Assembly: GCA_965261975.1 (NCBI GenBank)
Contig: CBDHEC010000057.1
Coordinates: 153,101 to 217,100, forward strand
Direction: 5' to 3'
Source of the DNA: Alphaproteobacteria bacterium
GTDB taxonomy: Bacteria; Pseudomonadota; Alphaproteobacteria; UBA6615
DNA: 64,000 bases
Part shown: positions 21,595 through 32,661 of the stretch, piece after piece
Position numbering within the stretch: the stretch's first letter is position 1
How the letters are laid out: every line of letters starts with the position of its first letter
Notes under the pieces: generated by a model
Databases searched by the model: none
What the model was told of the DNA's origin: nothing
Seen by the model: only the letters and a program-made list of their open reading frames with translations
Made by a program: the position numbers and the translations under genes

Positions 21595-23364
21595 CTAGAC
21601 CAGGACCATGCCGTCTTCGGACTGTTTCTGTTCCTGCTGATCTTCGAGGCCCAGCAGGATTTCGTTATGCGCCGCACCGCCAGGAATCATCGGGAAACAA
21701 TTCTCTTCCTTGGTGACGACCATATCGACGAGAACCGGCCCCGGTGTTTCGATCATCTGCGTGATGACGTCGTCCACCTCATTCGGATGGGTTGCCCGCA
21801 GGCCGGCGATTCCATAGCTCTCGGCAAGCTTGATGAAGTCCGGAAGCCCATCGGAATAGGATTCCGAATAGCGCGCACCGTGCAGGAGCTCCTGCCACTG
21901 GCGGACCATTCCGAGCCAATAGTTGTTCAGGATGAAGATCTTCACCGGGAGCTTGTACTGGGCAATCGTGCCGAGCTCCTGGATGTTCATCATCGTCGAC
22001 GCTTCGCCCGCGATATCGATCACGAGCGAATCCGGATGCCCCACCTGAACGCCCACGGCCGCCGGCAGGCCGTAGCCCATCGTGCCCAGTCCGCCTGACG
22101 TCATCCACCGGTTCGGCTTGTCGAAGTGATAATACTGGGCGGCCCACATCTGATGTTGGCCCACCTCAGTTGTCACAAGCGCGTCCATGTCCTTGGTCAG
22201 CTCGTAAAGGCGTTTGATCGCGAATTGCGGCTTGATCTCGTCCTTCGGACCGGTGCCCTGCTCGAAGCCAAGACAGTCCACGGCGCGCCACTCTTCGATC
22301 TGCTTCCACCATGCCTCCAGCGCCTTGCCGTCGGGCTTGGCTTTCCGGGCCTTCCACTTCTCGAGCATTTCCTCGACGACGTTCTCGACATCACCGACGA
22401 TCGGCACCTCGACCGCGATATTCTTGTTGATCGAACTCGGGTCGATATCGATGTGGATCTTCTTCGAATTGGGCGAAAAGGCGTCGGTGCGACCGGTGAC
22501 GCGATCATCGAAGCGCGCGCCGATCGCGACCATCAAGTCGCAATCATGCATCGCCAAATTCGATTCATAGGTCCCGTGCATTCCCAGCATGCCGAGCCAC
22601 TGAGACGACGAACTTGGGAACGCACCCAGACCCATGATCGTCGTGGTCGCCGGATAGCCCGTCGCCGTCACGAGCTCGGTGACGAGTTCACAGGCGCGCG
22701 GGCCGGAATTGATGCAGCCGCCGCCGATATAAAAGATCGGCTTCTTGGCATTGGCGATCAGCTCCACCGCTTCTTCGATTGCCGCATCGGCCCCATCACG
22801 CTGGGGCTTGTAGTGCCGATGGGTAACGTTTTCCGGGGAATGGTATTCGCCCTCGGCGAACTGCACATCCTTCGGCAGATCGATGACGACCGGCCCGGGA
22901 CGACCCGCTCCGGCCACATAGAATGCCTCGTGCATGACCTCACTGAGATCGTCGACATCCTTCACCAGGTAATTATGTTTTGTGCACGGCCGGGTGATAC
23001 CCGTCGTGTCCGCTTCCTGGAAGGCATCATTGCCGATCAGATGCGTCGGCACCTGCCCGGTCAGGCAAACCACCGGAATGCTGTCCATCAGTGCATCGGT
23101 CAGGCCGGTCACGGCATTCGTCGCGCCGGGACCAGACGTCACGAGGACGACGCCCACCTTGCCGGTCGAGCGGGCATACCCCTCGGCCATGTGAACGGCA
23201 CCCTGCTCATGGCGAACGAGGATATGGCGCACGGAATTCTGCTTGAACAACGCGTCGTACATCGGGAGTACGGCGCCACCGGGATAACCGAAGACGACCT
23301 CAACACCCTGGTCGGCCAGAGCCTTGATCACCATTTCCGCACCGGTCATGCGATTGCCAGACAT
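21595..23364 (-). CDS. ilvB: Acetolactate synthase large subunit
   Basis: [35 protein letters not shown]; start set at ATG 23364 (MSGNRMTG). Confidence 0.96.
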   Translation of the reverse strand: MSGNRMTGAEMVIKALADQGVEVVFGYPGGAVLPMYDALFKQNSVRHILVRHEQGAVHMAEGYARSTGKVGVVLVTSGPGATNAVTGLTDALMDSIPVVCLTGQVPTHLIGNDAFQEADTTGITRPCTKHNYLVKDVDDLSEVMHEAFYVAGAGRPGPVVIDLPKDVQFAEGEYHSPENVTHRHYKPQRDGADAAIEEAVELIANAKKPIFYIGGGCINSGPRACELVTELVTATGYPATTTIMGLGAFPSSSSQWLGMLGMHGTYESNLAMHDCDLMVAIGARFDDRVTGRTDAFSPNSKKIHIDIDPSSINKNIAVEVPIVGDVENVVEEMLEKWKARKAKPDGKALEAWWKQIEEWRAVDCLGFEQGTGPKDEIKPQFAIKRLYELTKDMDALVTTEVGQHQMWAAQYYHFDKPNRWMTSGGLGTMGYGLPAAVGVQVGHPDSLVIDIAGEASTMMNIQELGTIAQYKLPVKIFILNNYWLGMVRQWQELLHGARYSESYSDGLPDFIKLAESYGIAGLRATHPNEVDDVITQMIETPGPVLVDMVVTKEENCFPMIPGGAAHNEILLGLEDQQEQKQSEDGMVLV

Positions 23365-23638
23365 AACGCCTACACCTTTCATTCTCGTTCGATTCAACCC
23401 GACACAACGACCGGGTTTCAAAATTCTGTTGCTGCAATGCACCAAAGACTGGCGGGATAAACGAAATCTCTCCCGATGACCAGCCGGATCGCCAAGACCG
23501 GCGCGATTTACACCGGGCTCATATCGACCAAAGAATGCACAGTGCTGCCAGGCACAAAAAAATCGCTGCGCGAACGCCGCATCCTTAACGGCCCCCGCTA
23601 CAAGCGCACAAGTAACTTAAGAAAAGATTTACGAGACG

Positions 23639-24583
23639 TCAACTCATAAATGAAAACACTTCATCATAATTTGAGTAATTATATTTCAATAATGCTATTC
23701 GAGGGTGATCCCCAGCCTCCCCCGGCAGTTGGTGCCTTAACCATGTCGTCTGACGTTTCGCGTAATTCCTTGTCTGCTGCTGGGCGGCGGCAATAGCCGC
23801 ATCCAATGGCGCCTCGCCTCGCAGATGCGCCGATAATGAGGGGTAGCCGAGGGCCTTGAAGATGGGGAGTGCCGGATCCAGCCCCTCCGCCTGGGCGCGC
23901 GCAGAGAGCGATCTCACCTCATCGATCGCACCGGCGTCGATCATGTCGAGGAACCGGCTGTCACAATTGCGGTAGAGTTCCTCGCGCGGCGGATCGATGA
24001 CGATCACGCGAAACGACTTGTCCGGCGCGATGACAGGTTCGTTTTGCCATTCAGAGAGCGGCCGGCCGGTCGCCTCCACGACCTCCCAGGCCCGCAATAC
24101 GCGCTGGCTGTCCCCCGGGTGGAGCCGGGCGGCGATCTCCGGGTCTCGTGTGGCGAGCTCGTTGTGGAAGGCGAGATCGCCGATCTCGCGCCGGCGAGCC
24201 TGGGCACGTTCCCGGAATTCACGCGGCACCTCCGGGATGGGCGCCAGGCCCTCCATCAGGGCCTTCAGATAAAGACCCGTGCCACCCACCAGGATGGGGC
24301 GGCGACCGGCATCGATCACGGATTGCAACGCCCCGTGGGCCGCCGCGGCCCACTCGGCCGCCGAACCCGCTTGTGCGGCATCACGGTCTCCGTAGAGAAG
24401 ATGGGGGACGCGGTCCTCGTCGGCTGGCGACGGACGGGCGGTCAGAATTCGCAAGTCACGATAAACCTGCATCGAATCCGCATTGATGATGGTGCCGTCG
24501 AGCTGTTCGGCGAGGCCCATTGCGAGCCCCGACTTACCGCTCGCCGTCGGTCCGGCAACGACAATGACCGGACGTTCAGCCAT
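23639..24583 (-). CDS. miaA: tRNA dimethylallyltransferase
   Basis: GPTASGKS, NADSMQVY, VGGTGLY and TRNYAKRQ.TW motifs. Confidence 0.96.
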   Translation of the reverse strand: MAERPVIVVAGPTASGKSGLAMGLAEQLDGTIINADSMQVYRDLRILTARPSPADEDRVPHLLYGDRDAAQAGSAAEWAAAAHGALQSVIDAGRRPILVGGTGLYLKALMEGLAPIPEVPREFRERAQARRREIGDLAFHNELATRDPEIAARLHPGDSQRVLRAWEVVEATGRPLSEWQNEPVIAPDKSFRVIVIDPPREELYRNCDSRFLDMIDAGAIDEVRSLSARAQAEGLDPALPIFKALGYPSLSAHLRGEAPLDAAIAAAQQQTRNYAKRQTTWLRHQLPGEAGDHPRIALLKYNYSNYDEVFSFMS

Positions 24584-24588
24584 CGGCG

Positions 24589-25878
24589 TCACACATCAAG
24601 CGGGTAGGAGACCAGGCCATCTGCCAGCTTGGGTTCGAACCAGGTTGATTTCGGCGGCATCACTTCGTTTGCATCGGCAACCGCCATCAGATCCTCGATG
24701 CTCGTGGGAAACAAAGCGAAAGCCACGGTCCCAGTCACCACTGTCCACGCGGGCCTCCAGCGCTTCCAGCCCCCGAATGCCACCAACAAAATCGATCCGC
24801 TTGTCGGTGCGCGGGTCGGCGATGCCCAGCACCGGCTCCAGCAAGCCGGTCCGAGAGCAGCTTGACGTCGAGACGGTCCAGCGGTTCGGCGCATCGGCGG
24901 CCGGCGGCGGACTCTCGCTCGCGAGCACATACCAGGTCCCGCCGAGATACATGCCAAAAGCGGTGGGGCTGCTACCGGGGCGTGCCTGTGCACTTGCCGG
25001 ATTCCGATACCTCGAACATCTCGCCGACACGCTTTGCCAGGAAGTGCTTCCTGGCTCGAAAGGCCGTTGAGATCCTTCATCAACACGGTTGTAGTCGAGA
25101 ATGTTCAGCTCTTCTGCCGGGAAAGCCACGATCAGAAAGCGCTCATGTGCGAATCCGTTGCCTGCCTGATCTCGTGCCGTCGCGCAGTTCGCCGCAACCC
25201 GCGATGCCGCGGCAGCAGAGCGGTGATGTCCATCGGCGATGTAAAGCACATCGACCGGCGCATAAGCCTCGGCCACGGTGGCTGTACATCGCGTCCGGAT
25301 CCGTGATCGGCCCAGACGATATGACGGACACCGTCCGGCTGCGTCACATCATAGGTCGGGTCGCTGTGCCGTCATCTCGGCTTGAGAACCTTCTGCACAT
25401 GCCTGGCCTGTGACTGATGCACGACAAGCACCGGGCCGGTCTGAGCATCCACGGAATCGATCTGGCGGACCCGGTCGTCTTCCTTGTCCGGGCGCGTAAA
25501 CTCATGCTTGCGAACAATGTTCTTGTTGATAGGCATCCACCGGGGTGGCGGCGACAATGACCGGTCTGGACTGTGATCGCCCATGATGATCCGATAGACG
25601 TAATAGCAGGGCGCATCGTCGCGGATCAGCACACCGGCCTCGATCATGGCCGCGAGGTTCGATGCCCCCTTGGCATAAACCTCGTCCGCGTGGGAATCCG
25701 TACCCGGCGGCAAATCAATTTCGGGTCGCGAGACATGCAGGAAACTCCACGGCCTGCCATCCGCCAGCTCGGCAGCCTCATCAAACGACACAACATCATA
25801 GGGCGGTGCGGCAACATCCTCGGCGGCTCCAGGCGCGGGACGCAGTCCGGGGAACGGGTGGAGCAGGATTTCGCTCAT
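24589..25878 (-). pseudogene. DUF1015 family protein, multiply frameshifted
   Basis: Motifs APPYDVV, RKHEFTRPDKEDDR, LYIADGHHR, ILDYNR, DPRTDKRIDFVGGIRG and MPPKSTWFEPKLADGL are spread over all three minus frames. Confidence 0.85.
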
Positions 25879-25985
25879 ATCGACAGCTCGTTTGTTGGTT
25901 TGAACAGAAGAACGCTTCAGCGCGTCGTCATCGCATATTGCTCTGGCCAACGAAAGCGCCAGCGCCGAAAAGTCGCCCCGAAACG

Positions 25986-26017
25986 AAAAAAAACGGCGGC
26001 ACCCGAAGGTGCCGCCG
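25986..26017 (-). terminator. Rho-independent terminator after degP
   Basis: On the minus strand: cggcggcacc-TTCG-ggtgccgccg followed by T8. Confidence 0.85.
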
Positions 26018-26053
26018 CCGTTCCTTACCCAGGAAACCGGTTCCGGATTTACG

Positions 26054-27583
26054 TCAGGATTTGTTGATCCGAACCGCGACAAACCGGCGGTCGCCGTTGC
26101 GGTTGATCTTGAGCAACACCGAACTGCGGTCATTCTCAAGCGCCTTGCGAATTTTCTCCGCAATCTGGCCCGGCGTGCTCACTTCCTCCTGGCTGACCTC
26201 GACGATCACATCGCCGGGGCGAAGGCTCTTTTCGGCCGCCGCACTGTCAGCTTCAACGCCGGTGATCACCACGCCGCGCAGATCGTCCGGCAGCGTAAAC
26301 TCTGCCCGCATCTGATCGGTGATGGACGTCACGGTAATACCGATGTCCTCGATCGCGGCTTCGTCGGGCTCGATCGCCTGACCACGCGGGCCGGCGGAAG
26401 CGAGTATCGGAACCTCTTCCTCGAGCTCACCGATCTGGACGCCCACGGTCACCAGGCGCTCATTGCGCCAAACCTCGACCGGCACGCTCTTGCCGATGTC
26501 CGTTTCGGCGACAATACGCGGCAACTCGCGCATGCTCGCGACCGGCTTGCCGTCAAAAGTCAGGATCACATCACCCGCCTCGATGCCGCTTTTCTCTGCC
26601 GGACCGGCAGCGGTCACGGATGACACCAGCGCGCCGCGTGCCTCACCCTCCAGGGCGATGCTCTCGGCGATCTCATCGGTCACCGACTGAATGCGAACTC
26701 CCAGCCAACCGCGGCGCGTCTGGCCGAAGTCACGCAGCTGGTCGATAACCCGCGAGGCGATGGATGACGGGATGGCGAACCCAACCCCGACACTACCGCC
26801 CGTCGGCGAGAAGATGGCGGTGTTAACACCAATGACTTCGCCATTCATGTTGAACATCGGTCCGCCCGAGTTGCCGCGGTTGATGGATGCATCGGTCTGC
26901 AGGAAGCTGTCATAGGGTCCCTGGCGGATGTCGCGCTGACGGGCCGAAATGATGCCGGCGGTCACAGTGCCGCCGAGACCGAACGGGTTGCCGATGGCGA
27001 CCACCCAGTCACCCACGCGGGCCACGCTCGAATTGCCCCAGGGGACGAACGGCAGATCGCGTTCCGTCTCGACACGGAGCAGCGCCAGGTCTGTCTTCGG
27101 GTCCCGGCCCAACAACTCCGCCTTGAGCTGGGTGTCGTCCGACAGGGTGACCGTGATCTCATCGGCGCCATCAATTACATGATTGTTGGTCACGACCAGC
27201 CCGCTGGGATCAATGATGAATCCGGAGCCCAGCGATGTGGCACGGCGCGGCGCGCCCTGTTGATTGCGATTGAAGAAATCCTTGAACATGTCGCCAAATG
27301 GCGATCCCGGCGGGGCCTGGGGAATATCCGGTCCGCGACCCTGGCTCTGGCCCTGATTGACCAGCTGGGTGCTGGATATATTCACGACCGTGGGCAGCAA
27401 CCGTTCGGCCAGATCGGCAAACGAGTCCGGCGCGGACTTCGCCGACGCCGGCAGTGCCGAGACGACAAGGGCGACGATCAGCACGATTCCCATCAGGAAT
27501 GTGCTCGCCGCACCGGCGCGGCCGGCTGTCCAGCCGACCAGCGCGCGAGATGGTTGAGGTTGTTTTGCGTACATTTTTTCCAT
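26054..27583 (-). CDS. degP: Do/DegQ family periplasmic serine endoprotease with two PDZ domains
   Basis: GSGFII, TNNHV, QTDASINRGNSGGP and PDZ repeats; start uncertain. Confidence 0.92.
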   Translation of the reverse strand: MEKMYAKQPQPSRALVGWTAGRAGAASTFLMGIVLIVALVVSALPASAKSAPDSFADLAERLLPTVVNISSTQLVNQGQSQGRGPDIPQAPPGSPFGDMFKDFFNRNQQGAPRRATSLGSGFIIDPSGLVVTNNHVIDGADEITVTLSDDTQLKAELLGRDPKTDLALLRVETERDLPFVPWGNSSVARVGDWVVAIGNPFGLGGTVTAGIISARQRDIRQGPYDSFLQTDASINRGNSGGPMFNMNGEVIGVNTAIFSPTGGSVGVGFAIPSSIASRVIDQLRDFGQTRRGWLGVRIQSVTDEIAESIALEGEARGALVSSVTAAGPAEKSGIEAGDVILTFDGKPVASMRELPRIVAETDIGKSVPVEVWRNERLVTVGVQIGELEEEVPILASAGPRGQAIEPDEAAIEDIGITVTSITDQMRAEFTLPDDLRGVVITGVEADSAAAEKSLRPGDVIVEVSQEEVSTPGQIAEKIRKALENDRSSVLLKINRNGDRRFVAVRINKS

Positions 27584-27820
27584 TACTCCCATTCCAGGCA
27601 TTCTGTGCCTTCCGCCGCGCCCTTGGCCATCGGTCCTGTCGATATGTGAAACACGAACTGATCGTTCAAGGGCGCTCCCGAACACACGGCGACACCCGAG
27701 CCGCCGAATACCGATATGGAACCCAAACATGGTCGGAATTGGGCATCCTCCCGGCACATTTGGGGCATCGCGGCATTACGCATGACATTCGCGTGAACCC
27801 CCGCAACACACCCGGCCCGA

Positions 27821-28036
27821 TCAGAGCTGTACGACCTTCAGGAGCACCAGCAGCCCAAACCCGGCAACCGCGGCAACGACACCGCCCGAACGCAAGGTCG
27901 CTTCCGGCACGCTGGTCATCTGGGACAACAGGCGCTTCATCATGTTGGGCGCCACCGCATAGATCAGGCCTTCGACAATCAGAACCAGCGCAAACCCGAT
28001 GAGCAGAAAGCTGCCCCAGAGCAGGAGTTGTCCCAT
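27821..28036 (-). CDS. DUF2065 small membrane protein
   Basis: LVLIVEGL.YA..P..MKR and LR..G motifs; typical position after hflC. Confidence 0.8.
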   Translation of the reverse strand: MGQLLLWGSFLLIGFALVLIVEGLIYAVAPNMMKRLLSQMTSVPEATLRSGGVVAAVAGFGLLVLLKVVQL

Positions 28037-28042
28037 ACGCTC

Positions 28043-28942
28043 CTACCTGGCTTCTCGGTCCGACACCCGATCTCGGCCGCCCTGCAGACTTCCGAAATAC
28101 TTGAAGAAGTCGCTGTCCGGCGACAGGACCATCGTGGTCCCTTCCCGTGCGAAGGTCTCCTTATAGGCTTCCAGCGAACGGAAGAACTCGAAGAACTCGG
28201 CGTCCTTGCCATAGGATTCGCCCAGGATCGCGTTACGGGTCGCATCGCCCGCACCACGCAAAGACACGGCCTCGCGTTGTGCCTCGGCCACGATTTCAAT
28301 TTGCTGACGATCGGCCTCAGCGCGGATACGGCGGGCATTCTCCTCACCCTCCGCACGCAGCAGGTTGGCTTGCCGCTCACGCTCTGTGCGCATCCGCTCA
28401 TACACTGTCTGGGACACGGCTTCCGGCAACTCGGAACGACCGATCCGGATATCGACAACCTCGATCCCGAACCCGTCGGTCTCGTTGGCGACACCGTCGC
28501 GGATCGATTCCATGATCGCGTTGCGCTTGTCCGACAACAGGTCCTCGAGGTTCCGCTGGGCAACGAATTCCTTGACCGTCGAGGTCAGGATGTTGCCGAA
28601 CCGGTTTCCAAAGATCTGTTCGTCCCGCACGGTCTGAAAGAACTTCAGCGGGTCGGTGATCCGATATCTTGCAAACGCATCGACCAGGATACGTTTCTGA
28701 TCGCTCAGCAGCATTTCCTCGGCCGACGGATCGACGCTCAAGACCCGCTTGTCATACGTAACCACGTTCTGGATCAGCGGCACCTTGAAGTGCAGACCGG
28801 GTTCGCGAACCGTCCGCTTATGTTCACCCAGCTGCAGGACCAGGACCTGGTCCGTTTCCCGCACGGTGAACAAGGCGGAATTCAGCAGCACACCGGCAAG
28901 AATAATTATGCCGCCGATGATTGCGAGTTTTGCGCGGCTCAT
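28043..28942 (-). CDS. hflC: Protease modulator HflC
   Basis: SPFH domain, PGLHFKVP, RMRTERER, F.RSLEAY and LSPDSDFFKY. Confidence 0.95.
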   Translation of the reverse strand: MSRAKLAIIGGIIILAGVLLNSALFTVRETDQVLVLQLGEHKRTVREPGLHFKVPLIQNVVTYDKRVLSVDPSAEEMLLSDQKRILVDAFARYRITDPLKFFQTVRDEQIFGNRFGNILTSTVKEFVAQRNLEDLLSDKRNAIMESIRDGVANETDGFGIEVVDIRIGRSELPEAVSQTVYERMRTERERQANLLRAEGEENARRIRAEADRQQIEIVAEAQREAVSLRGAGDATRNAILGESYGKDAEFFEFFRSLEAYKETFAREGTTMVLSPDSDFFKYFGSLQGGRDRVSDREAR

Positions 28943-30096
28943 TGTTCGCCTCCGGAATTGTCTGATCGGTTACGATTTAGCTCATTGAGCGGCAGATACG
29001 GCACGACACCCTGGCCGCCTTCTGCGCCCTCATCGATGATGACCTTGTTGGCACCCTCCAGGACATCGCGCAGGGTCTCGATATAAAGCCGCCGACGCGT
29101 CACTTCGGGAGCCGCCTGGTAGGTCGCGAAAATCTGGTCGAAGCGCGCGGCTTCACCCTGGGCTTCCTTGATCACCCGCTCGCGGTACGCGGCAGCTTCC
29201 TCGAGGAGACCCGCCGCCTCACCACGCGCGGTCGGCACGATGCGGTTGCGATAGGCCTCAGCCTGGTTCTGCAAGCGTTCCTGGTCCTGCCGAGCGCGCT
29301 GCACGTCGTTGAAGGCATCAATGACGGGCGGCGGTGCTTCTGTCTTCTGAAGCTGCACACGCTCGATGTTGATGCCCGCGCCATAGCTGTCGAGGACCGC
29401 CTGCAGAAGTTCGCGGGTGTCGTCCTGAACACCTTCACGCGCGGTGGTCAGAAGGTCATCGAGCTTGGTCTGGCCAACCACTTCGCGCATGGCGCTTTCC
29501 GCCGCGGCCTTCACCGTTTCTTCCGGCTCCAGGATGTTGAATAGATAGTCGGCCGGGTTGGCGATCCGCCACTGAACGGTGAAATCCACGTCGGAGATGT
29601 TCTGGTCGCTCGTCAACATCAGCGATTCGCCCGTGATGTCGCGCGGAGAATTGGATCGGCCACCGAAATCATCGGCGTCCCGGAAACCTATATTCAACCG
29701 GTTGATCTGCGTAACCGCCGGGGTCAGCACTTCACCGATGGGGGTCGGCCAACGCCAGCGCAGGCCCGGTGCGGTCACCTGCTCGTTCCATTTGCCGAAC
29801 ACCAATTCGAGGCCGCGTTCGTTTTCCTGGACCCGATAGAAGCCGCTCAGGGCCCAGAGCACCAGGACGACAAGGACAACAATCGCAATCCCGCGACCGC
29901 TGCCAAACCCGCCCGGCATAATCCGGCGTACCTTGTCCTGGCTGCGACGAAGCATTTCTTCAATTTTGGGCTGCTGTCCGCCGCCCATGCCGCCGCCGCC
30001 ACTCGGTGGGCGTTGTCCGCCCCAGGGACCGCCGCCGCCACCACTGCCGCCGCCGCCCCATGGGCCACCGCCACCTCCCTGACTATTCCAAGGCAT
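28939..30096 (-). CDS. hflK: FtsH protease modulator HflK
   Basis: MPWN-Gly-rich-GPWG N-terminus, MLTSDQNI, AESAMREVVG, VIDAFNDV and VVPYLPL. Confidence 0.95.
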   Translation of the reverse strand: MPWNSQGGGGGPWGGGGSGGGGGPWGGQRPPSGGGGMGGGQQPKIEEMLRRSQDKVRRIMPGGFGSGRGIAIVVLVVLVLWALSGFYRVQENERGLELVFGKWNEQVTAPGLRWRWPTPIGEVLTPAVTQINRLNIGFRDADDFGGRSNSPRDITGESLMLTSDQNISDVDFTVQWRIANPADYLFNILEPEETVKAAAESAMREVVGQTKLDDLLTTAREGVQDDTRELLQAVLDSYGAGINIERVQLQKTEAPPPVIDAFNDVQRARQDQERLQNQAEAYRNRIVPTARGEAAGLLEEAAAYRERVIKEAQGEAARFDQIFATYQAAPEVTRRRLYIETLRDVLEGANKVIIDEGAEGGQGVVPYLPLNELNRNRSDNSGGEQ

Positions 30097-30280
30097 CACA
30101 AATTCCTTCGCCTGTAAGCTGGCGCCGGACCTGATGTTTGCCTTTGTGAGGCAAACGGCCACTGCACCGGGTTTATAAATCGATCACTCAGGCTTATATC
30201 ACACAACATCCCGTGAGGCGTGATCACGCCATGGCGACCAGTTCTAGACGATATTGTCTGTACACCCGGAGTTTTCAAGC

Positions 30281-31408
30281 ATGACGGACCTTTCTCAAGA
30301 CGATGTTCGCGCCGCTTTATGCACAATCATCGATCCCGTCAGCGGCAAAGACATCATTGCCAATGACATGGTCTCGGGCTTGGTGATCAAAGACCGCAAC
30401 ATCGGGTTCGCCATCGAGATCGATCCGGCAGACGCAGAACGCATGGAGCCGCTGCGCAAAGCCGCCGAACGCGCGGTCCTCGAACTCGACGGCGTATCGT
30501 CTGTTTCGGTGGTCCTGACCGCCCACAACACGGCCCCGACCCAGGCCGCGACAAACCCGGATTCCGGCGCGAAACCGGCGCCGCGCGGAAACGAGGCACC
30601 GGCGACATCCTTGTTGCCAGGCGTCGGGGCGATCGTCGCCGTGGCCAGCGGCAAGGGCGGAGTCGGCAAATCGACGACCGCGGTGAACCTCGCCGTCGCA
30701 CTCACCTCGCTGGGAAAGAAGGTCGGTATCCTCGATGCGGATGTCTACGGCCCCTCGCTGCCGCGCATGCTGGGGGTTTCGGACAAGCCCAAACCCCTGG
30801 CCAACAAAAAAATCGAGCCGCTGGAGGCGCATGGCGTCAAAGTCATGTCGATGGGCTTCATGGTGCCCGAAGACACCGCCATGGTCTGGCGCGGCCCGAT
30901 GGTGATCGGCGCGCTGGAACAGATGATGCGCGAGGTCGAATGGGGTGAGCTCGACGTCCTGATTGTCGACATGCCACCGGGCACCGGCGATGCGCAGTTG
31001 ACCATGGCCCAGCGGGTCCCGCTGGCCGGGGTGGTGATTGTGTCGACCCCACAGGACATCGCGCTGATCGACGCGCGCAAGGGGATGAACATGTTTGCCA
31101 AGGTCAATGTCCCCGTCCTTGGCATTGTCGAGAATATGAGCATGTTCATCTGCCCGAATTGCGGCGAGCAAACCAATATCTTCGGCCATGGCGGCGCGCG
31201 ATCCGAGGCCGAACGCCTGGGTTGTGACTTCCTCGGGGAGATCCCCCTCGATGTCGCCATCCGGATTACATCCGATTCCGGCCAGCCGATTACGGCCAGC
31301 GAACCCGACGGCCCCCACGCAGAGGCCTATCGCAATGTCGCCTCGGCCGTACTGGAAAAGGTTTCGACGGCAACAACCCGACCGGCCCCCAGCATCTCCA
31401 TCGAATAG
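30281..31408 (+). CDS. apbC: Mrp/ApbC iron-sulfur cluster carrier ATPase
   Basis: ASGKGGVGKST, DADVYGPS, WRGPM, DMPPGTGD and ENMS..ICPNC motifs. Confidence 0.95.
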   Translation: MTDLSQDDVRAALCTIIDPVSGKDIIANDMVSGLVIKDRNIGFAIEIDPADAERMEPLRKAAERAVLELDGVSSVSVVLTAHNTAPTQAATNPDSGAKPAPRGNEAPATSLLPGVGAIVAVASGKGGVGKSTTAVNLAVALTSLGKKVGILDADVYGPSLPRMLGVSDKPKPLANKKIEPLEAHGVKVMSMGFMVPEDTAMVWRGPMVIGALEQMMREVEWGELDVLIVDMPPGTGDAQLTMAQRVPLAGVVIVSTPQDIALIDARKGMNMFAKVNVPVLGIVENMSMFICPNCGEQTNIFGHGGARSEAERLGCDFLGEIPLDVAIRITSDSGQPITASEPDGPHAEAYRNVASAVLEKVSTATTRPAPSISIE

Positions 31409-31750
31409 GCTAGTGCGCACAGCGGCTCGCGTGCCGGTCGCGCTTAGTTGATCGCTCGACACATCTTCGTGCGTTGTCGAATGGCATGTGACCACCCAGC
31501 TTGAAGGCAGAGGCGGGTCCCTGAGTTTCATGCCCGCATCGCGAAACCGTCGGGTCGGCGATCGGCCGTGCCCCGCAGGCCGCCGGCCACCTTGCCCCCC
31601 AAACGGCCGGCACCAAATGGTCTCCGGCCCGACGGATTTCATTGCCCATCGCCTCACAGACCGGAAGATTTTATTGCGCCGGTGGCGGAATGATTTCCCG
31701 GTCCTATGTGTTTACGAAGCACATCACCACGAACTTGCTGGAGATTTCAC

Positions 31751-32166
31751 ATGCGCAGCGCCACCCGAGCGGCAACCATCCTCATCATCGGCCTTCTGTT
31801 CAGCGCGCCGGCCCTGGCCATTGAGCCCGTCTACAGCGCCGACGGTGCCGCCATTCATGGTCACGACCCGGTGGCCTATTTCACCGAAGAAAAACCGGTG
31901 AAGGGCAGCGCCGCCCACAGCGCCACCCACGACGGCGCGACCTGTTCCTGGCCAACCCTGAAAAATATGCGCCCCAATATGGCGGCTACTGCGCCTGGGC
32001 CGTGGCGAACGGCTACACCGCCTCGACCGATCCGGACGCCTGGTCGATCAAGGACGGCAAGCTCTATCTGAACTACTCGAAGATCGTGCGCGCGCGCTGG
32101 GTCATCGACAAGTCAGGCAACATCGTCAAGGGCGACCAGAACTGGCCGGGCCTGCGCGACGGCTAA
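31751..32166 (+). pseudogene. YHS-domain secreted protein with an internal frameshifting deletion
   Basis: Signal peptide plus AIHGHDPVAYF...G in one frame; FLANPEKYAPQYGGYCAWAV...DGKLYLNY...NWP* in another; junction at ~31944. Confidence 0.8.
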
Positions 32167-32657
32167 TCCGGACCACTCGTTCGATCGAGGGTGACGAAGC
32201 TGAACGCCGGCATGTCACCCTCGGCCGGATGATCCACCCGCGATATCTCGCGCCAGACACTCTGATCAAGCGGCGGGAAATGCGTGTCGCCTTTCGCCGC
32301 AATATGGACTTCCGTCAGGTAAATTCGATCTGCGCGCGGCAACGCCAGCGCGTAGATTTGCGCACCCCCGATCACCATCACCTCGCGCGCGTCTCCCGCA
32401 GCGCGGAACGCAGCATCCAGATCGCTTACAACGGCAATATCCTCGCCGACGAAGGCGTTGTCGCGCGTCATGACGATGTTTGTTCGCCCCGGCAATGCGC
32501 GCCCGATTGACTGATGGGTCTTGCGCCCCATCACGATCGGATGGCCGGTCGTTGTTTCCTTGAAAAACTTCAGGTCTGCCGGGATGTGCCACGGCAGATC
32601 GCCGTCCCGGCCGATGACACCATTTTCGGCCATTGCGACAATCAACGAGACCCGCAT
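32163..32657 (-). CDS. folA: Dihydrofolate reductase
   Basis: IVAMAENGVIG..GDLPW, MGRKT, LPGR.N, IGGAQIY and GDT.FP motifs. Confidence 0.96.
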   Translation of the reverse strand: MRVSLIVAMAENGVIGRDGDLPWHIPADLKFFKETTTGHPIVMGRKTHQSIGRALPGRTNIVMTRDNAFVGEDIAVVSDLDAAFRAAGDAREVMVIGGAQIYALALPRADRIYLTEVHIAAKGDTHFPPLDQSVWREISRVDHPAEGDMPAFSFVTLDRTSGPD

Positions 32658-32661
32658 CAGC

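Noticed and set aside
23617-23631. TTAA-N7-TTTA resembling a CtrA box in the AT-rich miaA-ilvB spacer
   Set aside because: One mismatch, a single occurrence in an AT-rich tract, and ilvB is not an expected target.
23365-23638. Possible Ile/Leu/Val leader peptide upstream of ilvB
   Set aside because: I found no short ORF enriched in branched-chain codons paired with a terminator hairpin.
29980-30080. Gly-rich GGC repeats
   Set aside because: This is the normal low-complexity N-terminus of HflK.
31409-31750. 340-nt spacer between mrp and the YHS gene with short ORFs on both strands
   Set aside because: No RBS, motif or convincing RNA structure I can support by eye.
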